From NCBI GenBank assembly GCA_041746575.1, contig JBGTGT010000115.1, positions 1 to 64,000 on the forward strand: DNA of 64,000 bases, given 5' to 3'. A program made the position numbers and the translations under genes. The DNA is from Microcystaceae cyanobacterium (GTDB lineage: Bacteria > Cyanobacteriota > Cyanobacteriia > Cyanobacteriales > Microcystaceae). The notes beneath the pieces were generated by a model. It was not told the DNA's origin. It saw only the letters and a program-made list of their open reading frames with translations, and made no database searches. Shown here piece after piece: positions 29,983 through 41,143 of this stretch. How positions within the stretch are numbered: position 1 is the first letter of the stretch; each line of letters begins with the position of its first letter.

Positions 29983-30174
29983 ATGTTTTCGATTAATCTC
30001 AACAAACCCATTTTTTTGATCTTGATTGCTATTTTAGCAGGGGGATCAATGGCAGTTTATTCGATATCCTCAGCTAATTTTGGGCTTAAGACAGCAGAAT
30101 TAATTGCCTTTCAACAATTAGGAGCAATCATCATATATCTAAGCTGTTTTGGTCGAGATTTATTTCGCCGTTAG
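29983..30174 (+). CDS. Small two-helix membrane protein
   Basis: 63 aa, hydrophobic, abuts the upstream stop (TAAATG) inside an apparent operon. Confidence 0.6.
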   Translation: MFSINLNKPIFLILIAILAGGSMAVYSISSANFGLKTAELIAFQQLGAIIIYLSCFGRDLFRR

Positions 30175-30185
30175 GAGTTCATCAC

Positions 30186-30647
30186 GTGTTAACCACTCAA
30201 GAAAGAAAACAACGATATTGGGGGGTACTAATTACTTTAGGAGCAATTATTATCACTTTTATGCTTAATTTAGGCATAAGCATCCCTTTTTTAGATTGTC
30301 CGCTTTTAAGATATACAGGAATCCCTTGTCCTGCGTGGGGATTAACCCGATCATTGATGGCAACTGGAATGGGAGACTTAGAAACAGCGATCGCTTACCA
30401 TGTATTCGGCCCTTTTTTAGGGGTTGCATTTTTGGGTATTGGTTTACATTTGAGCTTAGAATTATTGACAAATCAAAAAATACCTTGTTTTTATCAAAAA
30501 CGAATTCAAAATATAAAAGTCCAATTGTTTTTTTTCTTATTACTATTTAGTTATCATGGTGTTCGTTTAATCGAATTTGGACGGTCAGGGGAACTCTATC
30601 CGTCGTTTTTGGCGTCTCCTTTAGGTAATTGGTTGTGGGGGGGGTAG
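30186..30647 (+). CDS. DUF2752-family membrane protein
   Basis: CPLLRYTGIPCPAWGLTRS...AIAYH.FGP motif. Confidence 0.88.
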   Translation: MLTTQERKQRYWGVLITLGAIIITFMLNLGISIPFLDCPLLRYTGIPCPAWGLTRSLMATGMGDLETAIAYHVFGPFLGVAFLGIGLHLSLELLTNQKIPCFYQKRIQNIKVQLFFFLLLFSYHGVRLIEFGRSGELYPSFLASPLGNWLWGG

Positions 30648-30711
30648 TAGTAGCCTTTGCCTTAACTCATCCCCTGTAGAGACATTTCTCTACCGATTAC
30701 CCTCATGTTTC

Positions 30712-31953
30712 TTAAGTGGTGTATTCCGCGTTAATCTTGACATAATCATAACTGAGATCACAGCCCCAAGCGACACCATGACCTGAACCATTGCCGACAC
30801 AGACAGAAATTAATACAGTATCTTTCTTTAAATAAGCTCCTTCTGCCGCTTTTTTCATATATTCACTGGCTTTTGCCCGATCAAAGCCTAAGGGTTGACC
30901 ATTATCCATCATCAGAAAATCCCCCAACTTCACTTGTAACGCTTCCTGATGGAAAGATACCCCTGCTCTGCCGGCGGCGGCGGCAATCCGTCCCCAGTTG
31001 GGATCTCGCCCAAAAATCGCCGATTTTACTAAAGAAGATCCTGCAATCGTGCGGGCAATGCGTCGAGCGGCTTCATCATCCACCGTACCTGTAACTTGAA
31101 TTTCCACTAAACAGGTTGCTCCTTCCCCATCTCTGGCGATCGCTTTCGCTAAATGTTGACAAACCGCCGTTAACATTCCTTCTAAGGTTTCTGCCGCCTT
31201 ACCCCTCTCCGTAATCGCTGTCGTACGCGATTGTCCATTAGCTAAGGCAATAATGGTGTCATTGGTACTGGTGTCCCCATCTACTGTAATTTGATTAAAA
31301 CTTTTATCCACTGCCCGCTTTAACATCTGTTGCCATAATGTAGTAGAAACTAAGGCATCACAGGTAATAAAACCGAGCATGGTTGCCATATTAGGGTGAA
31401 TCATCCCCGATCCCTTGCAAATTCCCCCAATTCGTACAGGACGATCTTCAATCATCGTTTCAAGGGCGATGGTTTTGGGAACTAAATCCGTTGTCATGAT
31501 GGCACGGGAAGCCTGATCTCCGGCACTTGAAGAAAGGGCAGTTACAGCTTGAGCAATACCCGTCCGCATGGACTCCATCTTTATTCGTTGACCAATAACC
31601 CCTGTTGACGCTAAAAGTACATCTTCAGGAGAAATATTAAGAGATTGAGCCGTTAATTGAGCGCATTCGAGAGCATCTTGCCAACCGAGTTCTCCGGTGG
31701 CGGCATTCGCCTGTCCAGAATTGATTAGAATAGCGCGACTACTGGCTTTTTGTTGCAGACGTTGGCGACAATAATCTACACAAGCCGCCCGCACTTCAGT
31801 GGTGGTGAAGACACCTGCCGCAATTGCATCGATATCTGAAATAATCAGGGCCAAATCGGGTAAACCAGAGGGTTTAAGACCTGCCGTAATCCCTGCCGCT
31901 CGATATCCCTTGGGAGCGGTAATATTGCCACTAATTTCCTGCCAATCTGACAT
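30712..31953 (-). CDS. argJ: Bifunctional ornithine acetyltransferase/N-acetylglutamate synthase
   Basis: KGSGMIHPNMATML, VDGDTSTND, ARDGEGAT, DPNWGRI, INAEYTT. Confidence 0.97.
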   Translation of the reverse strand: MSDWQEISGNITAPKGYRAAGITAGLKPSGLPDLALIISDIDAIAAGVFTTTEVRAACVDYCRQRLQQKASSRAILINSGQANAATGELGWQDALECAQLTAQSLNISPEDVLLASTGVIGQRIKMESMRTGIAQAVTALSSSAGDQASRAIMTTDLVPKTIALETMIEDRPVRIGGICKGSGMIHPNMATMLGFITCDALVSTTLWQQMLKRAVDKSFNQITVDGDTSTNDTIIALANGQSRTTAITERGKAAETLEGMLTAVCQHLAKAIARDGEGATCLVEIQVTGTVDDEAARRIARTIAGSSLVKSAIFGRDPNWGRIAAAAGRAGVSFHQEALQVKLGDFLMMDNGQPLGFDRAKASEYMKKAAEGAYLKKDTVLISVCVGNGSGHGVAWGCDLSYDYVKINAEYTT

Positions 31954-32249
31954 ACACTGATCCTTATGAGTCGTTGAGGGTTCAAAGCACTATTATTAAG
32001 CAAGGGGGCATCAATGAATCATAAACAAATCTTAAATATTAGCTAGATTTAACAAAGTGATTAGGGATTATTTAGCTCGACTAAAAGCGATCGCTGCTAG
32101 GATAATAAGCAACAGTAAAAAAGCAGGGACGCTTAAGTTAATCCATTCGATCATTAGACTTATTGTGAACTTTAGCGATTCGAGTGAAGACAGGAAACAG
32201 ATAACAGCACTCAGAAAATTTTAAATAATGTATTTGAGCATTAAAAATC

Positions 32250-34751
32250 ATGTCTGATTTAACCACATGGCTTAAAGAGCGAACGGCACTTAATTTATTA
32301 AGTGATGAAACCCTTCAAGGAATAGAACCGTTTTTAGAAGAACAGTGTTATCCGCCTAATTATACGGTAACGGAAGCCGACACGCCACCGACGGGACTTT
32401 ATATTTTGCGAAAGGGATATTTAATCAATCCTCAATCCACCCAATTCACGGTGGGAACAGTTATTAATCTACAGGCATTAATTCTGAATCAACCCGTCCG
32501 TCAAACATTGATTACGACTGAAGACTGTGAAGTTTGGTTTATCCCTGCCACGCAATTTCAAATCGTACTAGAACAATATCCAGAAATCACGCAAGCCTTC
32601 TCTGGCGTCCTCAGCGAAAGATTAGAAAAAGTGAGTGCCGAATTAATCTTTGAACAACAAAGACAAACCATTTTGCGCCCCTATCTTGTCCCGAAAGTGA
32701 AGCGGGGAGTCATTGGGAAAAGTCGCTATGCAATGCGACTGCGATCGCAAATTAAAGAAGCGTCAGAAAATCGCAAACCTGTCTTAATTTTTGGAGAACC
32801 GGGCTTAGAAAAAGATAATATTGCCTCCTTAGTTCATTTTAATTCTTCTTACCGTCGTCAACCAATTGTCAAAATTAATTGTGCCACTTTACAAGTGAGC
32901 GGAGCCGATTTATGGGGCAGAGTTGGGGGTAAAATGGGTTTATTAGAAGCCGTAGGACAAGGCACGTTAATCCTTAATAATATTCAAGAACTTCCCTCCG
33001 AACTTTATCAACCCCTTGCTGAATTATTAATTCATAACACCTACACGCCTGTCAGTCGTTCGGACACCAATTTATCCCCTCCCAAAATAAATCAAGCCCG
33101 AATTATTCTCATTTCAGAAAAGATTATTAAAGCCATCGATCAAGGAATAGAACAATCGATCAAAGTGCCTCCTTTAAGGGTTCGTAAAGCAGATATCGCA
33201 GATTATGTCAACTATTATGCTAATTTGATTTGTCGTCAACAAAAACGGCGCAAATCCCCTTTAACCGCTGAAGCCTTACGTCGCTTACAAGCCTACGATT
33301 TTCCTAACAACTTAAGAGAATTAGAAAGCTTAGTTGAAAGGGCAATTACCCAATTAGAAGGATGTGCTGAGATTACAGAAGAAGTTCTCTGGCCTTCTCA
33401 GGGCAGAAAACAACAATTTCGAGTCAATTTATTAAATCAATATACCGCTTTGCGAAAATTTTTACGAAGTCCATGGTATCCCGATCGGATTAATTATGGT
33501 TTTACTGCCTTCGTTTTTGCTCTAATTGTTGGTATTTTATTCCTTGCCCCTCAAGATCGTTCAGAGAATTTTGCCCTTAATCTTTTTTGGGCTTGGTGGT
33601 GGCCAATTTGCTTAATTTTATTCCCTTTTTTAGGTCGTATTTGGTGCGCTTTTTGTCCTTTTATGATCTATGGTGAAATCACTCAAAAATTATCACTATG
33701 GTTATGGCCCCGTCAACTCAAAAAATGGCCAAGACAGTCAGCAGAAAAATGGGGAGGATGGTTTTTGTTTGGTTTATTTGTTTTAATTTTACTGTGGGAA
33801 GAACTTTGGAATTTACCCAATACAGCTTATCTTTCAGCTTGTTTATTATTATTAATCACGGCAGGCGCAATGATTTTTTCGGCTATCTTTGAAAGACGGT
33901 TTTGGTGTCGTTATTTATGTCCGATTGGGGGCATGAACGGAATGTTTGCTAAACTATCAATGACTGAATTAAGAGCGCAACAGGGGACTTGTTCAGCAGA
34001 ATGTAACACCTATCAATGTTATAAAGGAGGCCCTAAAAAAGGAGAAGGTTTAGAAACAGGAGGTTGTCCTTTATATTCCCATCCTGCTCAATTAGAAGAC
34101 AATCGAGATTGTGTTTTATGTATGACCTGTTTAAAAGCTTGTCCCCATCGTTCTGTTCAATTTAATTTACGTCCTCCGGCCATTGAACTTTGGACAACCC
34201 ATCAACCGAGAGCGTATGAAGTTGCTCTTTTATTTTTACTTTTAAATCTGGTCTTTTTACACTCTCTTCCTCAACTAAGTCACTTACTAAAATTAAATTT
34301 TAACTTAGAAAATTTTAGCCTGCATTCCCTTGTATCCATTTTACTTTTAAGTGTCCCCGCACTATTACCTTTCCTTGCTTTCAAAATTAGTCAATTTGCC
34401 TTTAATACTTTTTCCTCTCTTAAATCCCGTTCTTTTGTTGAGTTAGCCTATGGTTATCTCCCTCTTGTTTTAGCCGGAAACTTAGCTTATTACCTCCAAT
34501 TGGGGTTAGGAGAAGCCGGAAAAATTATCCCTGTTACCCTCGCAACGTTTGGCGTTTCTGGGGAAGGAATGCCTATCATTATTGCCCATCCTGCTGTCAT
34601 TGCTTTCTTACAAGGAACGACTTTAATTGTTGGCGTCATTTCTAGCATAATAATTACGCAAAAAATTGCCAAACAACCCTTTAAGTTCCTTTTACCTCAA
34701 CATCTTTGTATCATTATTTTAAGTGGGCTGTTTTATCAACTAATTGTTTAA
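32250..34751 (+). CDS. cNMP-binding domain + degenerate sigma54-activator AAA domain + membrane 4Fe-4S (NapH-like) fusion protein
   Basis: GEPGLEKD, VPPLRVRKADI, YDFPNNLREL; WCAFCP, CRYLCPIGG, CVLCMTCLKACP; many TM helices. Confidence 0.85.
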   Translation: MSDLTTWLKERTALNLLSDETLQGIEPFLEEQCYPPNYTVTEADTPPTGLYILRKGYLINPQSTQFTVGTVINLQALILNQPVRQTLITTEDCEVWFIPATQFQIVLEQYPEITQAFSGVLSERLEKVSAELIFEQQRQTILRPYLVPKVKRGVIGKSRYAMRLRSQIKEASENRKPVLIFGEPGLEKDNIASLVHFNSSYRRQPIVKINCATLQVSGADLWGRVGGKMGLLEAVGQGTLILNNIQELPSELYQPLAELLIHNTYTPVSRSDTNLSPPKINQARIILISEKIIKAIDQGIEQSIKVPPLRVRKADIADYVNYYANLICRQQKRRKSPLTAEALRRLQAYDFPNNLRELESLVERAITQLEGCAEITEEVLWPSQGRKQQFRVNLLNQYTALRKFLRSPWYPDRINYGFTAFVFALIVGILFLAPQDRSENFALNLFWAWWWPICLILFPFLGRIWCAFCPFMIYGEITQKLSLWLWPRQLKKWPRQSAEKWGGWFLFGLFVLILLWEELWNLPNTAYLSACLLLLITAGAMIFSAIFERRFWCRYLCPIGGMNGMFAKLSMTELRAQQGTCSAECNTYQCYKGGPKKGEGLETGGCPLYSHPAQLEDNRDCVLCMTCLKACPHRSVQFNLRPPAIELWTTHQPRAYEVALLFLLLNLVFLHSLPQLSHLLKLNFNLENFSLHSLVSILLLSVPALLPFLAFKISQFAFNTFSSLKSRSFVELAYGYLPLVLAGNLAYYLQLGLGEAGKIIPVTLATFGVSGEGMPIIIAHPAVIAFLQGTTLIVGVISSIIITQKIAKQPFKFLLPQHLCIIILSGLFYQLIV

Positions 34752-34763
34752 TCAAAAATCGCA

Positions 34764-34790
34764 CAAAATCCAAAATTCAAAATCCAAAGA
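34764..34790. repeat. STRR-like heptamer repeat
   Basis: caaaatc-caaaatt-caaaatc-caaaga. Confidence 0.5.
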
Positions 34791-34866
34791 CGATATTTAC
34801 GATAGACTAGAGAGAACGTCACCCATTGATTAAATTCTGGTTACCACAAGGGAAAGTTTTAATTCC

Positions 34867-35664
34867 ATGTCCCAACTTGATCTTCGTCAAACCCCTGTTA
34901 CCGAAACCCAACGCATCAAACGACATCAAAACCCTAGTGATAGTGCGCTAGGTTTAGTCTCTACGAGAAGTTACCCTGCTATCGTCGGAACGGCTGATAT
35001 GATGCTTAAATCTGCCGATGTTACCCTTGTCGGATATGAAAAAATTGGCAGTGGTTACTGTACTGCTGTCGTTCGCGGTAATGTGGCGAATGTACGATTA
35101 GCAGTCGAAGAAGGGGCAAGAACAGCAGAACAATTTGGACAATTAATCTCTAAGTTAATTATTCCCCGTCCGATGCCGAATTTAGAAGCTATTTTCCCAA
35201 TTGGCAGTCATTTGGTTGAAATTGCTCGACAACAAAGAGGCTATAGTCGTTTGAGCAATAATTCCATCGGCTTACTAGAAACACGAGGGTTTCCGGCAAT
35301 GGTCGGAGCGGCAGATGCGATGCTAAAATCAGCAGATGTGCAGTTATCTTCCTATGAAACCATTGGTGATGGATTGTGTACAGCGATCATTCGAGGATCA
35401 GTAGCGAATGTAGCAGTGGCAATTGAAGCAGGGATGCAAGAAGCCGATAAAATTGGCGAACTTCACGCCGTTATGGTGATTCCTCGCTTACTAGAAGATT
35501 TAGAACATACCTTACCCATAGCAAGTTGTTGGTTAGATCAACCCGAAGTCTTACCTATTTTAATGCCTAAAACTGAAAAAGAAAAAGAAGTGGTGGTTTT
35601 ACCTGATTCTGAGGTGCAAGCTTTCCCTTTAAAACGGATTCAGGAAAGAGAAGAAATTTTATAA
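34867..35664 (+). CDS. ccmO: Beta-carboxysome tandem-BMC shell protein CcmO
   Basis: Two BMC domains (ALGLVSTRSYPAIVGTADMMLKSA; IGLLETRGFPAMVGAADAMLKSA). Confidence 0.9.
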   Translation: MSQLDLRQTPVTETQRIKRHQNPSDSALGLVSTRSYPAIVGTADMMLKSADVTLVGYEKIGSGYCTAVVRGNVANVRLAVEEGARTAEQFGQLISKLIIPRPMPNLEAIFPIGSHLVEIARQQRGYSRLSNNSIGLLETRGFPAMVGAADAMLKSADVQLSSYETIGDGLCTAIIRGSVANVAVAIEAGMQEADKIGELHAVMVIPRLLEDLEHTLPIASCWLDQPEVLPILMPKTEKEKEVVVLPDSEVQAFPLKRIQEREEIL

Positions 35665-35845
35665 TTGTCTCCAGAAATAATGGGATTAAAGCCATCAAAT
35701 TGACGGATGAAAGTAAAGTATTAACAACCGCACTAATTTCAGCAGAAATACCTCATTTTCAAGATCGTACCAGCGATCACTCCTTAAACCATCTTTTAAT
35801 TCGGAAAAATCGCATAATCGTTAAGGTTGTGATCATTCCCATCCC

Positions 35846-36109
35846 TAAATTTTTAATTGACTTAATACACGTGAGTTCGACGAGGGCAATTATCTCAATT
35901 TTTTGTCCATTCTCATTGGGATTAGGAAAAGGAAAACAAATTCTTGATTGGGGGACTAGCCCCCCAAACCCCCTGCACAAAAAAATTAAATAAAGAAGAC
36001 TCGTAGATTTTCTGATTGTCGAACTCACGTTAATACTGCATACTGCAAAAGGATATAATCCAGTCGTTGCTAAGAAGGTTTCGGTGGGAACTTCCCATAG
36101 ACGAATCAT
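35846..36109 (-). pseudogene. Fragment of an Rpn-family (recombination-promoting nuclease/putative transposase) gene, disrupted
   Basis: MIRLWEVPTETFLATTGLYPFAV continues as LSQ once the MITE, one target-duplication copy and a 7-bp duplication (TGCAGTA x2) are removed, resembling the IRLWE.P...FL...GL.PFAVLSQ motif. Confidence 0.65.
35869..36030. mobile_element. 162-bp MITE with IS982-like ends
   Basis: Perfect 13-bp inverted repeats ACGTGAGTTCGAC (35869-35881) and GTCGAACTCACGT (36018-36030); 6-bp direct repeat TAATAC at 35863-35868 and 36031-36036. Confidence 0.88.
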
Positions 36110-36126
36110 ATTAAAGCATCTGTCAA

Positions 36127-36570
36127 TTAATGATGGTGATATGCACCTGTTTCGGGTTGAAAAGGAGCTATTTCTTCGGTTATATTAACCTTAAATTGTT
36201 TTAACATTTTTTTTAAAACCGGATCAGGGGATAACCGCAAATAAAACGGATGAATGTCTAAAGCAACATGACGATTGCCCAAATGATAAGCTACCCGTAG
36301 CAAATCGAGGGAATTTTGGGCAGTGATCGTGAAAACAGGTTCAGGTTTTGCTAAAATTTGGATAATTTCCTGCGTTTCTGCCTGTAACAAGTCTCCATCT
36401 CTTAAAATCGTTCCCCTCGGCAATTGCAGAAAAATCACATCTTGATTTGGCATCTCCCAACGATAACGACTGCGATTGCGTTCTTCTGCTGTCAAGGACA
36501 AAGTAAAAAGAGGATAAATACTTAGATTATGCTCTAAAAAAGCCAATTTTTGCGTAAGAATATATTCCAT
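36127..36570 (-). CDS. ureE: Urease accessory protein UreE
   Basis: [33 protein letters not shown]. Confidence 0.95.
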   Translation of the reverse strand: MEYILTQKLAFLEHNLSIYPLFTLSLTAEERNRSRYRWEMPNQDVIFLQLPRGTILRDGDLLQAETQEIIQILAKPEPVFTITAQNSLDLLRVAYHLGNRHVALDIHPFYLRLSPDPVLKKMLKQFKVNITEEIAPFQPETGAYHHH

Positions 36571-36737
36571 TAGTTGAATAGACCTTCTATATCATTGGAT
36601 TAAATCCGAATAATTGACCTATTTTAATGATTTTACTTTTAAACGACTTTCCTCTCTAAATTTAACCCAAAAAGAGCGATCGCCTTTTGAGGATAACCCC
36701 TAACGATCGCTGTTGAAATAAGCTAAAAAAGCGTATT

Positions 36738-37034
36738 TTATTCCTTCACATGGAAAAAACTGAGATGATAGAGTTCTTTCTTCCAAGGATGAATTTGAGC
36801 TTCTCTAATCACCGCCTTACCCTGCCAAGACAAGTCAGGGATATTGACATCAATTACGGTATCGTTAATAGACACTTTACGTAATAGAAGCAAAGCATCC
36901 TTTTCTGCAACGGTTAAAGAGACCGATTCTGCTCCTTGATGACCGTATAAATTAGCTGGAATTAACCCTTCACGACGTAAGGCATTGGGTTTAATGCCGT
37001 CAGGACGGGTTTTACATTCAATTGTCGTAGTCAT
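36738..37034 (-). CDS. rplY: 50S ribosomal protein L25
   Basis: ALRREGLIPANLYG, QIHPWK..LYHLSF. Confidence 0.93.
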   Translation of the reverse strand: MTTTIECKTRPDGIKPNALRREGLIPANLYGHQGAESVSLTVAEKDALLLLRKVSINDTVIDVNIPDLSWQGKAVIREAQIHPWKKELYHLSFFHVKE

Positions 37035-37104
37035 AATCGTTAATCCTTCGTTTTTGAGTTAAAGTTAAACCAATTACAGCTTTACAAGCGAGCTTACCTC
37101 ACCC

Positions 37105-38451
<1,347 letters not shown>

Positions 38452-38557
38452 CTAAAGTTCACACAAACTCCCATTATCTATTACCTTATAAATTTTTGTC
38501 AAGCGGCAAGGATAACTTTATGGTTCGATTTTGGATTAAGTTAGATTTGCAAGAGAA

Positions 38558-39157
38558 TCATAGACCATTACCGATTAGAATGAAGGATACCCAATGATAG
38601 GGATGGGAATAGTCATCTATTAAGTTATTTCCGCAATTTCCAGATTTTTGCTTTCTTAATAGACTTAATTGCACATTTCTCAAGGCTTCTGTCTTGGTAA
38701 TCTGATCGCCTCCTTTGGACAATTCACAATAAAATCGTTGCATCAATTCGCTGGTACTGCATAGGGTAAAGGACTTCATAAATTTTATCTTGAGAAAGGA
38801 GTAAATCTGCATAAGATTTCTGAAGATCTGGGGATAAACCTTTGATATTTTTCCTGATTGATGAATCAATAAATGTCCCCAATTATTATAGGCTTTTAAG
38901 CGAGGAAGTAACGTATCGCTTCTCTCCTTTTGAACAGCAGATTGATATTCTTTAATCGCTAATTTTGGCTCTTGTAAATCTTTGTAGAGAAGTCCTAAAC
39001 GGTAGTAGGTTTTAGCGTCTAGATCAAGGGCGATCGCTCTTTGATAGTTTCTTTTCGCTTGATCGAATTTTTGATGTCGATAATATTCTAAACCTTTCCG
39101 AGAAAATTCTCTACTTAAATTATCTCGAACAACTTGAAAAAAGATTCCTAAACCCAT
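38558..39157 (-). pseudogene. Chimeric remnant: TPR segment joined to the C-terminal end of a CHAT domain
   Basis: TPR-like AKRNYQRAIALD..YYRLGLLY..AYNNWG, then STSELMQRFY...KTEALRNVQLSLL...YSHPYHWVSFILIGN; the CHAT catalytic core is absent. Confidence 0.65.
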
Positions 39158-39167
39158 TAAAAAGAGA

Positions 39168-39956
39168 CTAATAATCGGAGTAAAAAAAACTCGCAGAATT
39201 TTGATCAAGGAATAATTCCGCTTGGGGATGTTTTCGTAAAAAAGAAGCAGGACAGGTTTCACTGATAGACTGGGATAATAGTCGTTGAACAATCGCCGCC
39301 TTACGATGATGAGGGGCTAAACCAATCAGCTTTTGAGCGGAAAAAATAGCAGGGAGGGTTAACGTAAAGCTATAGAGAGGAACGTCTTTAACGGTAGCGA
39401 AATTCTCCCCTTGACTTTGATCTAGACGGGTGATTTCATTGAGCTTCACTAATTTTACCCAGTCGGGATCTTCAAATCGGGCAACGTCGGGTTCATTAAA
39501 CGCTAAATGACCATTCTGTCCAACTCCCAAAAAACAGATATCTAGGGCATAATCTCGTAGCAATTGGCTATAATGACGACATTCTGTTAAGGGTTCTAAG
39601 GTATCGCCTTGGATGTAGTAAAATTGACTGTCAGGTAACTTTTTTTCGACGTTCTGCCGAAGATAATAGCGAAAACTAGCTGGGTGATCGGCTGAAATAC
39701 CTAAATATTCATCTAAATGAAAAAATATGATTTTTTTCCAGTCAATTTCCTTAGAAGCGGTGAAATACTCTAAAAAATACTGTTGAGATTGCCCTGTAGC
39801 GAGGATAACGGTAGCATAAGGTTTTTCTTGTAAGCAGGTTTTCAAATGAGCGATCGCTGATTTTGCCGCCAATTGGGCTAAATCCTGTTCATTAGCACAA
39901 ATATGCACGGTTAATTGATCAATTTGCCGAGTTTTCTGATCATTAATCATAACCAT
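39168..39956 (-). CDS. nagB: Glucosamine-6-phosphate deaminase family protein
   Basis: ILATGQSQ, FHLDEYLGI...HPASFR, LGVGQNGHLAFNEP, CPASFLR.H. Confidence 0.88.
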   Translation of the reverse strand: MVMINDQKTRQIDQLTVHICANEQDLAQLAAKSAIAHLKTCLQEKPYATVILATGQSQQYFLEYFTASKEIDWKKIIFFHLDEYLGISADHPASFRYYLRQNVEKKLPDSQFYYIQGDTLEPLTECRHYSQLLRDYALDICFLGVGQNGHLAFNEPDVARFEDPDWVKLVKLNEITRLDQSQGENFATVKDVPLYSFTLTLPAIFSAQKLIGLAPHHRKAAIVQRLLSQSISETCPASFLRKHPQAELFLDQNSASFFYSDY

Positions 39957-40014
39957 TTTCTCAGGAAAGACTTAACTTGATGGAGGAAGAAGTTAGGCTA
40001 AATCGCTGGCAAGT

Positions 40015-40050
40015 AAAAAAAAAGTGGAGACAGGAGTGTCTGTCTTTTTT
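40015..40050. terminator. Hairpin with U-tracts on both strands inside a divergent intergenic region
   Basis: A9-gtgg-AGACAG-gagtgt-CTGTCT-T5. Confidence 0.5.
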
Positions 40051-40227
40051 CAACCTGTTGTCTGAGAGCGTATCAACTTAATCATAATATGTCTTAGGGG
40101 GTTTAACATGAGTTTCCTTTCACCCTTAAAATTTTCTCAACTCTGTTACTAAATTTCGTGATCCGTCTTTTCTAAGATTCTTGAACCCAATTAAACTCGA
40201 CCGTTTATCTCCTAGTTAGAGTTTGCC

Positions 40228-40503
40228 ATGTTAACATTTTTCTTTTTTCTCTTACAAACCATTCAAGTCTGTCTAGTGCCTTTATGTTTTGTCTTGGCGT
40301 GGGGATTTATTTTTATCTTAATTTGGACAATTTGGAGTAGTGTGCGGGATGTTACTCAACGCGCTCAGAAAATGCACCAAATTCCCTGTGCCAATTGCCA
40401 ATTTTTTACCCATAATTATCTGCTCAAGTGTACAGTTAATCCCAAAGTTGCGAATACAGAGGAAGCGATTGATTGTTCGGACTATAAAGCGCAAAAATTT
40501 TAG
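40228..40503 (+). CDS. Small membrane protein with a Cys-rich C-terminus
   Basis: TM helix followed by HQIPCANCQFF...LKCTVNP...AIDCSDY. Confidence 0.8.
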   Translation: MLTFFFFLLQTIQVCLVPLCFVLAWGFIFILIWTIWSSVRDVTQRAQKMHQIPCANCQFFTHNYLLKCTVNPKVANTEEAIDCSDYKAQKF

Positions 40504-40584
40504 GTAAACACAGCAAGCAATTGATGAAGGAAGTTTAATTTTAAACTTTCAATATAAGTGTTTTTTTACTTTATTGATACCACG

Positions 40585-40905
40585 ATGAACAATATTTTTA
40601 GACTTCCCGATTCTTTGCCCCACCGAGAAATTTTTGAGACCTTATTTGAAAATTCAAACTTACGAATTGAACGAATTATTTCAACAGGACAAATTACGCC
40701 GCCCGATTACTGGTACGATCAGGCATGGGATGAATGGGTTATTTTGTTACAAGGGGAAGCGCAATTAAGTTATGAAGATGGAATTCAAATCAGCCTTAAA
40801 GCAGGAGATTATTTATTTCTAAAAGCCCACCAAAAACATCGAGTTGACTTTACCCGCTCTGAGCCTCCTTGTCTGTGGTTAGCGATTCATTTTTCAGTTC
40901 AATAA
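40585..40905 (+). CDS. Cupin-domain protein
   Basis: RIERIISTGQ.TP...WYDQ..DEWVILLQG, HQKHRV, WLAIHF; start placed at MNNIF. Confidence 0.88.
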   Translation: MNNIFRLPDSLPHREIFETLFENSNLRIERIISTGQITPPDYWYDQAWDEWVILLQGEAQLSYEDGIQISLKAGDYLFLKAHQKHRVDFTRSEPPCLWLAIHFSVQ

Positions 40906-41143
40906 ATGGGGAAATAATTTATTTTTTGTTATTTTTAATTCTTAAAATGTTACAAAAAAATAGATAGGAAACTGATGGATTGACATTATTTAAAATAAAT
41001 GGCTTAATCCTTTTGAGTTTTAATGCTAGGCTGAGTCACTCAGATAGAATAGAACCCAAAAAGACTATGCTATTCTAGGAGTCTGGGAATTTTCTTGTTC
41101 CTTTCGTTTTCTCCTATTTTTCTCATTTCTGAGCAACTAACCG

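Noticed and set aside
34867..35664. ccmO away from the main ccm operon
   Set aside because: A satellite ccmO is a known arrangement in beta-cyanobacteria.
35700..36109. ORFs 35700-35993 (+) and 35777-36109 (-) as real genes
   Set aside because: Both read through the MITE; only the first ~23 codons of the minus ORF resemble a known family.
39158..39292. N-terminal extension of the 244-aa ORF
   Set aside because: It overlaps the nagB 3' end in another frame; the plausible start is ATG 39157.
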